DNA from: Candidatus Campbellbacteria bacterium
GTDB taxonomy: Bacteria; Patescibacteriota; Minisyncoccia; Phycocordibacterales; CSBR16-193
Direction: 5' to 3'
Length of the DNA: 57,120 nucleotides
NCBI GenBank assembly: GCA_007125155.1
Contig: SLDR01000028.1
Span: 1-57,120, forward strand
In this document: positions 9,632 through 18,811 of the stretch, piece after piece
Position numbering within the stretch: position 1 is the first letter of the stretch
How the letters are laid out: each line of letters opens with the position of its first letter
Made by a program: the position numbers and the translations under genes
Notes under the pieces: generated by a model
Databases searched by the model: none
Seen by the model: only the letters and a program-made list of their open reading frames with translations
Told to the model about the DNA's origin: nothing

Positions 9632-10462
9632 TTACATTACCCTGATAATAAAGACGGGTATAAGCAAGATCAGCGCGCTCAACAGAAGCCCGCCAACGCT
9701 TATCAATATGACCAGGAACATGTTAAATATCATCATCTTCTGTATCGACTGTCGAGCCAAGGGGTTCCTTCCGAGGGCCGAAAGTCCATCTTTAACATTT
9801 GCCTTGAAAAAATAATAAGCAAAATAAAAAGCCCCTAGAGCCACCATGGCCGCAGCCATATAACGGGCGATCATTGCCAAATAATGCTCGATCTGCTCAA
9901 GAACGGAATCCTCCTCATCTTCAGCCGGGAAGATATCTTCGTCCCCCTCTGTTGCTCCTATCTTAAGATCGACCAAGAGCTGACCAGCGGGGATCTCTTG
10001 ATCAAATATGTCAAAAACAATATCTGTGGCACCACTCTCGGTAAGGTCCTCCAACGCAATACCAACCAAATTTCGGTGTTCTGAGCCCGCCGTCATACCG
10101 TAACCGGGAACATCAGAAGTGACTATACGGTCTCCGGTCCTTATCGGTCCGTCTTTTAAAACGACATTAACTCTTGCCTGCCCTGTTCTTAAGACCGAAA
10201 CATTGCTCTCTTCATCAGGAATAATGGTCATCAAAGGCCTCTCCACAATGACACCGAAAACATCCGGGCTGTCCACCGTTCGGGAGAGATAGAAAAAACC
10301 TGTTCTGGAATCGCGAGAAATTATATTTCCGGGGACAATTCCTTCATCGCTAACGGGATTAATACCCTGACCCACTTGGGCCGATACCGTATTGAAAAGA
10401 TACGCTGAAACTCCCAGCAGACTCAGTATAATTAAGAATGAAATTAAAGAATTTACGTACAT
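9632..10462 (-). CDS. Secreted/membrane protein: signal peptide, ~200 aa beta-rich domain and a C-terminal two-helix hairpin resembling an ATP synthase c subunit
   Basis: The ORF is 9632..10489 (TTG start); the ATG at 10462 gives MYVNSLISFLIILSLLGVSAYLF. The C-terminus is RYMAAAMVALGAFYFAYYFFKANVKDGLSALGRNPLARQSIQKMMIFNMFLVILISVGGLLLSALILL. It occupies the atpE position upstream of atpF. Confidence 0.55.
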   Translation of the reverse strand: MYVNSLISFLIILSLLGVSAYLFNTVSAQVGQGINPVSDEGIVPGNIISRDSRTGFFYLSRTVDSPDVFGVIVERPLMTIIPDEESNVSVLRTGQARVNVVLKDGPIRTGDRIVTSDVPGYGMTAGSEHRNLVGIALEDLTESGATDIVFDIFDQEIPAGQLLVDLKIGATEGDEDIFPAEDEEDSVLEQIEHYLAMIARYMAAAMVALGAFYFAYYFFKANVKDGLSALGRNPLARQSIQKMMIFNMFLVILISVGGLLLSALILLIPVFIIRVM

Positions 10463-10654
10463 GTGAGATCTAAGACTCAAAAAATTCAAGTGGAGGATTT
10501 TTAAACCAAAACAAAACTCTTCCTTGACATTTATGGTAACATTTTATCATATGATCCAACTTTAGATGTACCCATATTTAAGACTTCGTTTTTTATACAT
10601 TATCTTTAAATTCATAAATATTTAAAATTGTCCCAATGAATAAGTCAGGACAGA

Positions 10655-12283
10655 TCATATATCAACCTTAAAGGTCTCCCTGATGATACCGTCCTTTACC
10701 TCAAAGGGCTCGGAGGTATAAACATTCCTATAGCTATCCTCTCCCTCTTTGCAATCAATGCTTACATAATAGAAACCATTAGTTACGAGTGAAAAATATC
10801 TCCCGTAGGCATCACACACCACCTTATAAGCCTCGTTACCACTATCGACCAGACGAATCCGGACGATGGCAAAAGGTAGGGGTTCCCCGTTTCTCTCATT
10901 GACCACCTTGCCCAGTCGGCGCGGCTTGATCCTGATCATTCTTACAAACATCAGAAGTAAATAGAGGGAAACTATTATAATGTTATATACGGTAGGCATC
11001 AGTAACAAAGCCACGAGTGAAAAAATGAATCCAATATAAAAGAACCAATTAAGAATGACCGCCTTGAAGAAGTCACCATAAGAATAATAGTTAAGTATCT
11101 TCTTATTAAGTTTTGCAAACTCATTCCAGTCAAATTTATCGGGATCCATGGGGACATTCTTTCCGGCAATGGCAACTTTATCGTTTATCTCAAAGATCTC
11201 CCCAAAATAAAGATCGTCGTATATGACATCGCTTCTTTTCCCCTTTAATTTTTTTGAAGGAAAACTATAATTTGTCTTGTTGACCTTCAATCTGTATCTA
11301 CCTGGCTCAACCAGGAACCCGTATCGACCATCAATATCGGTTATCGAGGTTTTTATGTCATTTCCGTCTTCATCTTGGAGTTGAACATAAGCCGGATCTA
11401 TAGGCTGCTTGGTAACACTGTCATAAACGACCCCCCAAGGTCTCAAACGCTTCTTGAAACCCAAAAAACCCACGAACAGAGCCCACAGCCTGAAAGGTAA
11501 TAGAATGATCTCCAATATCCTTAAAGACGAAAAGAACAATGATGTCAAAGTTAAAAAAAATCCCGCAATGATACCCAGAATGGAGACCATTTGAGCCAAC
11601 GTTACTCCGACATCGGTTTGTAAGAATTCACGTGCCATGTCTACGGCTCTACTGCCCATGTACTGGAAAGCCCCTACGTCATGAATAATAAGGTCCATAA
11701 AACTCGTTTCCGACAAACTTGGAGTAACTTCCGAAGGGGTCTTGCTGACAACGGCCGAACCATGCCTACCGATCCGGAGATCGACCATTATCAAGCCTGA
11801 CGGGTATGTTTCCCCATTGGCCAATGTAACAACTTCCTCGGTATCATCCTCGTCTAAAGATTCAAGAGCGATACCAAGAGTATAGCGATGATGACCTTGA
11901 ACGGCCTGGCCGAAGCCTGAAACATCGGATGTGGTTATGTTGTCACCCCTTTCTATCGGTCCGTCCTTTAAAATTACATTGACGGGAGTCTGGCCCATCC
12001 TAATGACCGGAACAGATCCCGATTCGGTCCGAAACATTAACATGGGATTCTCCACAACCACGCCGAAAACGTCGGGGCTGTCTTCAACGGCGGAAAGCCA
12101 AAGAGTATTACTATATCTGTCACGAACGATTATGTCCCCGGGAATGGTATTAAGATTCTCTATCGGATAAGTAACGGAAAGATTGTAGTGAAGAGAATCG
12201 AGGGCGGATGAACCAAGCGGGAAAATGAGCAGAAATAAAAAAAAAAAAACAATGCGATATTTGGAAAAAAACGAACTTCTCAT
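10655..12283 (-). CDS. Multi-pass membrane protein with an N-terminal domain paralogous to 9632-10462 and two carboxypeptidase-regulatory-like beta-sandwich domains
   Basis: 542 aa with signal peptide IVFFFLFLLIFPLGSSA. DSPDVFGVVVENP..VIRMGQTPVNVILKDGPIERGDNITTSDVSGFGQA..LGIALESL parallels the neighbouring protein. DEDGNDIKTSITDIDGRYGFLVEPGRYRLKV and VDSGNEAYKVVCDAYGRYFSLVTNGFYYVSI are CarboxypepD_reg-like. It has four predicted internal TM helices. Confidence 0.55.
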   Translation of the reverse strand: MRSSFFSKYRIVFFFLFLLIFPLGSSALDSLHYNLSVTYPIENLNTIPGDIIVRDRYSNTLWLSAVEDSPDVFGVVVENPMLMFRTESGSVPVIRMGQTPVNVILKDGPIERGDNITTSDVSGFGQAVQGHHRYTLGIALESLDEDDTEEVVTLANGETYPSGLIMVDLRIGRHGSAVVSKTPSEVTPSLSETSFMDLIIHDVGAFQYMGSRAVDMAREFLQTDVGVTLAQMVSILGIIAGFFLTLTSLFFSSLRILEIILLPFRLWALFVGFLGFKKRLRPWGVVYDSVTKQPIDPAYVQLQDEDGNDIKTSITDIDGRYGFLVEPGRYRLKVNKTNYSFPSKKLKGKRSDVIYDDLYFGEIFEINDKVAIAGKNVPMDPDKFDWNEFAKLNKKILNYYSYGDFFKAVILNWFFYIGFIFSLVALLLMPTVYNIIIVSLYLLLMFVRMIRIKPRRLGKVVNERNGEPLPFAIVRIRLVDSGNEAYKVVCDAYGRYFSLVTNGFYYVSIDCKEGEDSYRNVYTSEPFEVKDGIIRETFKVDI

Positions 12284-12416
12284 GGTTACTAAGACCTTAA
12301 CGTCAAATCGATCATTCTTATGAACATCTTATCACAGTGGATGCTTAAAGCTTCCATTAAAAATATTATGGAAGTCGGTATTCCATATTATTTGAAAAAA
12401 AATTCTTGATCATTTT

Positions 12417-14711
12417 TTATATCGGACAGCCTCCCGCAACGCAGGCGTACTCCTTGGCGCCCTCAGTGTTATCTTCCCCTTCATAAGTAACTATCTTTGA
12501 GAAATCAATACCGGTAAATCTTTTAGCCATCTCTTTGTATCTTTCCTCATCTATCTCTTCATAAGGGGCGAGGCTGTAAACATGATCATTTTTTGGCAAA
12601 AAGGAAAGTCCGCCAATTATTTCCCAGTTATTATAAAGCCAGTGAGCTGTTGATATCCATTCACTTTCATCAACGGTGACGGTTACCGAAGGATTGTGTT
12701 CGGTGTAATTTTCTTTTACCTTTTTCCAGTGGTCAAGTTGATCTTGAGAATTAAGATCCCCGCTTGTTATAGCTCCCTCCGGCGCCTTGACGGGAAACTC
12801 AAGAACATAAGTATTAGCGTCACTTTCCGTTTGACCAACCTCAGGATAAAAAGGTACCCCTTGATCCCTTAACATGTGGAATAACGAGTCTGTGGAAGAT
12901 ATCCTTATTCTCCTGATGTAATATTTGGCATACCTTGGATGCATTCCGGAAGATGAGTTGACCAACTGGGAGACGGTACCGGATGGTTTTATACAGGTAA
13001 CTGCGGTTGAGGGATTCACGCCGAATCTTAAAGCATATTCCCTATTGACCTTTATGGCTTCTTTCTTCAGAGCCTTCAAATTTTCAGCTTTTCTCGATTC
13101 CTTCGAATCCCACTGTCCGGTCACTGAAACCCCCAACAGACACTCCTCTCTGCAGTTCCTGGTCCATTCCTCAGAAAGATAACCAAAGTTCGTCAAAGTA
13201 GATTGATAAGTTCCCAATATCGCGGCGAGTTTGATCTTTCTCAAAAGATCCACTTTAGTGTCCCCTGCACGAGCTACCACTTCCGAAAGATTACAGAACT
13301 GTTTAGAACGCAAGATTATCTCTACGCAAGGATTCACTCCCGACAGATCTATATCATTTTTGAATATCTTCCAACGTCTTTTTGGAAGCTGTTTCTCAAG
13401 AGATCCCCTGTTGAATATACCTCTCTCACCCGAACGAGACTTCATTAAAGCCAACCACTCATCAAGAAAATCCGTTTCTGTAGGCTTTTCATTGTAAACA
13501 ACGGAATTATTGGCCATCGATCTTTGCGGTTCCGTCACATAAAACCTTCCTTTCTTTGAATCTCTCATGAGCTGATCATCCAAGTCGGAAATAGATATCA
13601 ACGCACTGCGCCTAACACCCCCGGCCACCACCACCTGACCTATTTTGCAAATTATGTCATATGCATCCAAGGTTGAAAGACGACGCCCTTGTTTTGAAAG
13701 AACCTTATCTCTGGAAAACCTCAAAAGATCCCTTAACGGTTCCGGTCCTGAGCTTTTTCCTCCCATGGTCTTTAGCTTGGATCCTTGCGGTCTTACTTTA
13801 GAATAATCAAATTCAATATCACTTCCGGAAAACCAGGTTTCCAAACCCAAAACCAATGCATCGGCCCAACCCTCCTTGCTGTCATCTATCACATGAGTGG
13901 GTTTTTTCTCCCCCGTTTGCTTCCGTATCTGAGGCAAAGCTTCTATGTGCTGGCCTTCAACCGAAAAACCAACTCCGACTCCACACATAGAAAGATAAAC
14001 TATCTCCCCGAAATCGCGAAGCTTCCTCGGTGCGATAAAAGAGCAATTATATGCGCAAACATTGGTCCTGCGAGCCGCCTTACCCGCACTCCACATCAAT
14101 CTCATGGACGGCATGACATCCTGATTCAATATCGCTTCCCTTATTTCATCATATTCCTTTTTATGAAGCTTATCTCCCAAATTTTCTTTCATAAAATCCA
14201 TATACCTGTCGACCGTCTCCACCCATGTCTCACGGCGTCCCTTCTCATCGATCCAACGAGAGTAAGTTCGGTAGTAGACAAACTCTGAAAGAGGTTCCTT
14301 AAGATACTTCTTGCTTTCTTTTGTTAGTTTCTTGACACTATCCGGAACCCTTACACCTCGCCTTCGAAGCCGAGCTCTTTTTTCTCGATAGAGAATATAT
14401 TTTTTTGCCGAATTCACATAATCTCCGAGAATAAGTTCTTTTTCGACCGTGTCCTGTATCCCTTCCACCGATGGTATAAAATACTTTTGCTTCTTTCTTA
14501 TCCTGACAAGATCGGCAAAAACCTTGTTGGCAACCATGCTGGCCTCCACGTCGGAGCCCTCGTCGGCGGCAAGCATGGCTTTGTATATCGCATTAGCTAT
14601 CCTGCTAAGATCGAACGGCTCTATGGAATCATCACGTTTTCTTACCTTCTCAATGAACTCATTTATTCTCTTGGGGTCCGTGAGATCAACGTGTCTTCCT
14701 TTGTTAGCCAT
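12417..14711 (-). CDS. nrdJ: Class II (adenosylcobalamin-dependent) ribonucleotide reductase with N-terminal ATP-cone
   Basis: 764 aa. The ATP-cone reads VRKRDDSIEPFDLSRIANAIYKAM. The active-site region reads VNPCVEIILRSKQFCNLSEV. Confidence 0.85.
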   Translation of the reverse strand: MANKGRHVDLTDPKRINEFIEKVRKRDDSIEPFDLSRIANAIYKAMLAADEGSDVEASMVANKVFADLVRIRKKQKYFIPSVEGIQDTVEKELILGDYVNSAKKYILYREKRARLRRRGVRVPDSVKKLTKESKKYLKEPLSEFVYYRTYSRWIDEKGRRETWVETVDRYMDFMKENLGDKLHKKEYDEIREAILNQDVMPSMRLMWSAGKAARRTNVCAYNCSFIAPRKLRDFGEIVYLSMCGVGVGFSVEGQHIEALPQIRKQTGEKKPTHVIDDSKEGWADALVLGLETWFSGSDIEFDYSKVRPQGSKLKTMGGKSSGPEPLRDLLRFSRDKVLSKQGRRLSTLDAYDIICKIGQVVVAGGVRRSALISISDLDDQLMRDSKKGRFYVTEPQRSMANNSVVYNEKPTETDFLDEWLALMKSRSGERGIFNRGSLEKQLPKRRWKIFKNDIDLSGVNPCVEIILRSKQFCNLSEVVARAGDTKVDLLRKIKLAAILGTYQSTLTNFGYLSEEWTRNCREECLLGVSVTGQWDSKESRKAENLKALKKEAIKVNREYALRFGVNPSTAVTCIKPSGTVSQLVNSSSGMHPRYAKYYIRRIRISSTDSLFHMLRDQGVPFYPEVGQTESDANTYVLEFPVKAPEGAITSGDLNSQDQLDHWKKVKENYTEHNPSVTVTVDESEWISTAHWLYNNWEIIGGLSFLPKNDHVYSLAPYEEIDEERYKEMAKRFTGIDFSKIVTYEGEDNTEGAKEYACVAGGCPI

Positions 14712-14851
14712 TTGATTTATTGGTTTAGCCTATAATATTATATATTCTATCAATCAAGCCACCTCTAACAAGCTCGAATATTGGACACCCAAGCCAAAAG
14801 GATGCGTAGTTGAACATTAAAATAAAGGCTTTACGAAAGAGGTCCGAAAAC

Positions 14852-14860
14852 TGTGGATAA
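14852..14860 (-). promoter_or_regulatory. Perfect DnaA-box 9-mer (TTATCCACA on the minus strand) upstream of nrdJ
   Basis: The plus strand reads tgtggataa, about 141 nt upstream of the nrdJ start codon. Confidence 0.35.
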
Positions 14861-14935
14861 CAGATAAATTCCGTATGGCGTCAAGATAAAAAAATTCATT
14901 AGTATCGGAGCTTACATCCAAAAATAAAGACCTCG

Positions 14936-15415
14936 CTAATGAATGGTGAACAGACTTCCGACACCCCATTCCATTTCCGCCACCATACCTGACTCAACCT
15001 CAAGAACAAATAAGGCCGGGTCGTAAGGTCTGAATACTTCGGGGAAAGTTTCCGGAGAAACATCCTCTTTTATAAATATCACCCTGCCCGACCGGTCTAT
15101 CCATATGATATCGATAGAAAAACGCATATCCTTCATCCATATTCCATGTATATCTTCTTCGGGAAAAACAAAGAGAAGGCCGTCCGCGTAACCGATACCA
15201 TCACGACCGGAAAGACCGATACGGAGATCTTTATTTTCCTCCACTATCTCAACCAGTATCTCATCCCCGTCTATATAAGCCTTCCGAAACTCGCTTTTTT
15301 CGAAAGATTCATGACTCTGATCTGAGAACCAAAAAAAGAAAACGGCCGATACGGCGACAAGCACGGCCGTCGCCAGCCCCAAGTTCTTAAAAAAATTGAT
15401 CCTGTTCTCGTACAT
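14936..15415 (-). CDS. DUF192 family protein with N-terminal membrane anchor
   Basis: GLSGRDGIGYADGLLFVFPEEDIHGIWMKDMRFSIDIIWIDRSGRVIFIKEDV is typical of DUF192. The start is set at the internal ATG (MYENRINFFKNLGLATAVLVAV) to avoid overlapping pheT. Confidence 0.7.
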   Translation of the reverse strand: MYENRINFFKNLGLATAVLVAVSAVFFFWFSDQSHESFEKSEFRKAYIDGDEILVEIVEENKDLRIGLSGRDGIGYADGLLFVFPEEDIHGIWMKDMRFSIDIIWIDRSGRVIFIKEDVSPETFPEVFRPYDPALFVLEVESGMVAEMEWGVGSLFTIH

Positions 15416-15489
15416 CTGTATCAAAATCTCAAAGGTCGATCCCCGCCCGGGTACATTAAAAAAATGGCACATCAAGATCAGGGCCACAT

Positions 15490-17439
15490 TTAACGAACCG
15501 ACCATTCGTCATGGGAGTTTACTGCGGAAGATATCACATCCATAACCTTATTTACCTCGGAATCCGAAAGTGTCCTTTCATGAGAAACAAAAACCAAACG
15601 AAAAGCGTAAGAACGCCAATTTCCCCCTTTGTCATCGATCTTTTCATAAACATCAAAAAGTCTGACATTCTTGAGAAGATCGCCCGCGTTACTTTTTATC
15701 ACCTCACGGACTTGATCATCTCCAACATTAGCGGGAACAAAAACCGCAATATCCCTTAATACGAATGGGTATGGCGATATAGGTTGATATTTTATACCTC
15801 TTTTTTCACGGTGAAAGATATCCCACTCTTCCGGTTGAGGTAACTCATTCAAAACTTCATCCAAACAACACTCCCAAACGTTGCCCGATACGAATGAACC
15901 TATCTTTTTAAGGTCTGGCCCCAAATCGGTGGATATCTCTTCCAGTGCCGATACCACCAACTCCTCTTCTCCGGGTTTCTGTTTCTTCTTGGTATTTTTA
16001 ACCCCTAAGGTAAGATGGGTCTTCTCTTCCTTCGGAGTAAAAACATTCGCAATCTCAAAAAGGCGGACTCTTTCTTCGCCGACCAACTCAATGTTCCTTT
16101 CGTTGAAAACAAGAGCTTTTTTCATATCCGTACTCAGTTCGTTCCTCAGATATCTTCTATCGCTTGTTAGCGGGTTCTCAAGCTCGACCGCCCCCATGTC
16201 TCCCACCGAATAAGTGAATATCTCAGAAAAACCGATCTTCGTTAAACACAAACGTATCCTCGCTTGATAATAGAAACGCTTGTTGATATCTATCCTTCCC
16301 TTAACGGGCCTAAGATCGACGGGTTTTAATTTTTCATATCCGTAGATACGCCCCACTTCCTCAATGACATCCTCCGGTATCTTCAGATCAACTCTGTCCT
16401 TGGGCGGTTCAACCTCGACCATCTCGCCTTTTATTGCCACCTTACACCTTAAACGCTCAAGTATTTTCGAAACTTCTTTGGCGGGCACATCCGATCCCAG
16501 TGTCGCTTTTATCTCAGACAGAGGAAATGAAACGGTCCAACTTGGTACCTTAAAAGGATATATGTCTGTTGTTTTTCCGATTGAAATGAGGGACGAGTAC
16601 TTCTTCGAACCGGGGTCCGTCTCCAACCCGTTATCGCATATCAATTTACGAGCAAATTCGGCGGAATGTAGAGCATATTCGGGAGAAGGATCATTTTCAA
16701 ATCTTTTTGAAGATTCAGTCAAAATGTTAATACGACGCGAAGTCCTTCTTACGCAGACCGGGTCAAATGATGCGGCTTCCAAAACTATATTTTCAGTATT
16801 CTCATCAACCTCGGCTTTTTTACCGCCCTTTATCCCCGCAAGGGCCAACACCGAATCTTCATCGGCGATGATCAATTCTGTTCCATTTAACATTATCTCA
16901 TTTCCGTCAAGCGTGATCATGCTCTCACCCTTACGCGCCAGTCTGACGTATATCTTATCTCCTTTTATTTTATCCCTGTCAAAAGCGTGAAGAGGTTGGC
17001 CGGTATCGAACATCACGAAATTCGTTATATCAACAATGTTATTTATCGGCCTTTCACCTATTGATTCGAGCCTTTTTCTCAACCATTCGGCTGAGGGACC
17101 GACACGTACATTGGAAACAGGCAAGGCTACATAGCGCCGACAAAGCTCAACATCTTCAACCTCAACAAAAAAACCGCCCCCCTTTCTTTCCGCCTCGGGA
17201 ACCTCTCTTGCCTTTAACTCAAAGCCGTAAATGGCGGAGATCTCGCCGGCCACGCCACGATGAGAAAGACAATCGTGAGCGCGGTTCGGAAGAATGTCGA
17301 CATCTATGACCGCTTCCTCTCCTTTGCCATGAACTCCTTCAACCTCGAAAGCTCTAAGAGACAGCATCTCCGCCATCTCCTTAGGATCCGGTAATTTTTC
17401 CCTTATATGATCCTGCAACCAAGAAACTTTAATCTTCAT
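15490..17439 (-). CDS. pheT: Phenylalanine--tRNA ligase beta subunit (short form, no N-terminal tRNA-binding domain)
   Basis: 649 aa. MKIKVSWLQDHI.., a B3/4 region (DITNFVMFDTGQPLHAFD) and a C-terminal FDX-ACB-like region (RSYAFRLVF). Confidence 0.9.
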   Translation of the reverse strand: MKIKVSWLQDHIREKLPDPKEMAEMLSLRAFEVEGVHGKGEEAVIDVDILPNRAHDCLSHRGVAGEISAIYGFELKAREVPEAERKGGGFFVEVEDVELCRRYVALPVSNVRVGPSAEWLRKRLESIGERPINNIVDITNFVMFDTGQPLHAFDRDKIKGDKIYVRLARKGESMITLDGNEIMLNGTELIIADEDSVLALAGIKGGKKAEVDENTENIVLEAASFDPVCVRRTSRRINILTESSKRFENDPSPEYALHSAEFARKLICDNGLETDPGSKKYSSLISIGKTTDIYPFKVPSWTVSFPLSEIKATLGSDVPAKEVSKILERLRCKVAIKGEMVEVEPPKDRVDLKIPEDVIEEVGRIYGYEKLKPVDLRPVKGRIDINKRFYYQARIRLCLTKIGFSEIFTYSVGDMGAVELENPLTSDRRYLRNELSTDMKKALVFNERNIELVGEERVRLFEIANVFTPKEEKTHLTLGVKNTKKKQKPGEEELVVSALEEISTDLGPDLKKIGSFVSGNVWECCLDEVLNELPQPEEWDIFHREKRGIKYQPISPYPFVLRDIAVFVPANVGDDQVREVIKSNAGDLLKNVRLFDVYEKIDDKGGNWRSYAFRLVFVSHERTLSDSEVNKVMDVISSAVNSHDEWSVR

Positions 17440-17463
17440 GATCTTTAATTTACATTCAAAAAA

Positions 17464-18207
17464 TCAAAACTGCCTTATGAAACGCAAATCGGCGGAATGA
17501 AACAGACGTATATCTTCAATCCCATACTTTAACATAAGGATCCGCTCGGGACTCAAACCAAAAGCTATTCCTTTCCACTCCGATGAGTCGATCCCCACTG
17601 AGGAGAAAACATTCGGGTGGACCATTCCGGCGCCCAGTATTTCTATCCACCCCGTATCTTTACATATTCCACAGCCTTCCGCTCTACAGAAAGAACAGGA
17701 TATGTCGATCTCAACTCCCGGCTCAACAAAAGGAAAATACCCCGGCCTGAACCTTATGACCAATTCTTCATCTTCAAAGACCTTTTTAAGAAAATCTTCG
17801 AGGATGGCTTTCAGACTTGCCAAAGTTATCCCTTTCTCTACGACCAAACCCTCTATTTGATGGAACTGTGTTTCGTGTGTGGCATCTGTCGCTTCCTGCC
17901 TGTAAACCCTCCCCGGTACGATGACCCTGAACGGAGGCGGGTTACTCTTCATAAAACGAACCTGAACACAGGAAGTGTGGGAGCGAAGGATAACTCTGTC
18001 ATCGACGGGATCCTTTATCCAAAAAGTATCCTGTTGATCCCGAGAAGGATGATCGGGAGGAACGTTCAAAGCATCAAAATTATTATACTCTGTCTCCATC
18101 TGAGGTCCTTCGGCGACGGTAAATCCCATATCCCTGAAAATGGAGTGCGTTGAATATACAAAACTTGTGACCGGATGCAATGAGCCGGATCTTTCTTCCT
18201 CAGTCAT
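17464..18207 (-). CDS. pheS: Phenylalanine--tRNA ligase alpha subunit (catalytic core only)
   Basis: 247 aa with HPVT, FDALNVPPDHPSRDQQDTFW, FHQIEGLVV and GIAFGLSPERILMLKYGIEDIR. Confidence 0.9.
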   Translation of the reverse strand: MTEEERSGSLHPVTSFVYSTHSIFRDMGFTVAEGPQMETEYNNFDALNVPPDHPSRDQQDTFWIKDPVDDRVILRSHTSCVQVRFMKSNPPPFRVIVPGRVYRQEATDATHETQFHQIEGLVVEKGITLASLKAILEDFLKKVFEDEELVIRFRPGYFPFVEPGVEIDISCSFCRAEGCGICKDTGWIEILGAGMVHPNVFSSVGIDSSEWKGIAFGLSPERILMLKYGIEDIRLFHSADLRFIRQF

Positions 18208-18298
18208 ATCTGGATATTATAGCAAAATCGTTAAGAAATCAAAAAACCGGATCTCTCATTTATAAAAAGATCCTTCTATTAAGAAAATTGAATGAATT

Positions 18299-18326
18299 TT
18301 GATATTTTAAAAGTTCATTGTATAAT
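18299..18326 (+). promoter_or_regulatory. Promoter for the RNase P RNA gene
   Basis: TTGATA (18299-18304), a 16 nt spacer, then TATAAT (18321-18326). The RNA 5' end GGGTTCGC begins about 6 nt downstream. Confidence 0.5.
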
Positions 18327-18351
18327 GTAACGGGTTCGCATCGGGTAGTCG

Positions 18352-18427
18352 CCCCGCTCTTTTAGTTTTCGTAATATATCGAAATAAAAAAGCACTTTCG
18401 ATATCAACGAAATTTAAAAGAGCGGGG
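18352..18427 (+). repeat. Hairpin module copy 1 (P3 position)
   Basis: ccccgctcttttagttttcgtaatatatcgaaataaaaaagcactttcgatatcaacgaaatttaaaagagcgggg, 76 nt. Confidence 0.9.
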
Positions 18428-18490
18428 AGGAAAGTCCGAACACCCATTCGTTCATTTAAACGTCTAAAATGGTAGCGGGTAACACCCGTC

Positions 18491-18553
18491 CCCCGCTCTT
18501 TTAGGCCCTTTTAAAGTACGTTCACTTCAAAAAAAGGGTTTAAAAGAGCGGGG
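18491..18553 (+). repeat. Hairpin module copy 2 (P9 position)
   Basis: It has the same arms, ccccgctcttttag...ttaaaagagcgggg, with a different interior (gcccttttaaagtacgttcacttcaaaaaaagggt). Confidence 0.85.
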
Positions 18554-18665
18554 AGAGGTGCGAGCAGTGACGCCAAAGCCGAAAGGCGGAGGGTCCCCTT
18601 GGGGGATAATTCTTCGGAAACGGAGAAGTGAAACGGCTAAATCCTTACCCGGGTGCAAGGCCGTG

Positions 18666-18761
18666 CCCCGCTCTTTTAGGTTTCGTTAAACCGATAAATA
18701 AATAACTCCGATTAAAAAAGAAATGTCAGAATTGTTACTAACGAAATTTAAGAGAGCGGGG
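18666..18761 (+). repeat. Hairpin module copy 3 (P15-P17 region)
   Basis: ccccgctcttttaggtttcgt...acgaaatttaagagagcgggg, 96 nt. It shares the extended arms with copies 1 and 4. Confidence 0.85.
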
Positions 18762-18811
18762 AGTGCCGCAAGAGGTGAATGGTAACATTCATCCCAGATA
18801 AATGGCTACCG

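Noticed and set aside
14712-14935. Possible cobalamin riboswitch or NrdR boxes upstream of nrdJ
   Set aside because: I could not find a B12-box-like GCCACTG-type core or paired NrdR palindromes on the minus strand. Only the single DnaA-box 9-mer stands out.
16364-16990. Long antisense ORFs inside pheT (208 aa). Similar cases lie inside pyk (53267-54163), nrdJ (13785-14288), gatB (19920-20408), ppsA (43796-44305), GH15 (23860-24345) and the oxidoreductase alpha subunit (48533-49126).
   Set aside because: Each lies fully within a confidently identified gene on the other strand. Their products are Ser/Leu/Phe-rich low-complexity sequence typical of shadow frames.
17437-17452. An identical 13-nt start context, ATTAAAGATCATG, shared by pheT (17439) and gatB (20399)
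   Set aside because: There are only two occurrences, in AT-rich DNA. Without a genome-wide count I cannot distinguish this from chance.
18208-18331. Possible T-box leader upstream of pheS
   Set aside because: Only about 120 nt are available, and they are occupied by the divergent rnpB promoter. No specifier or T-box sequence was seen.
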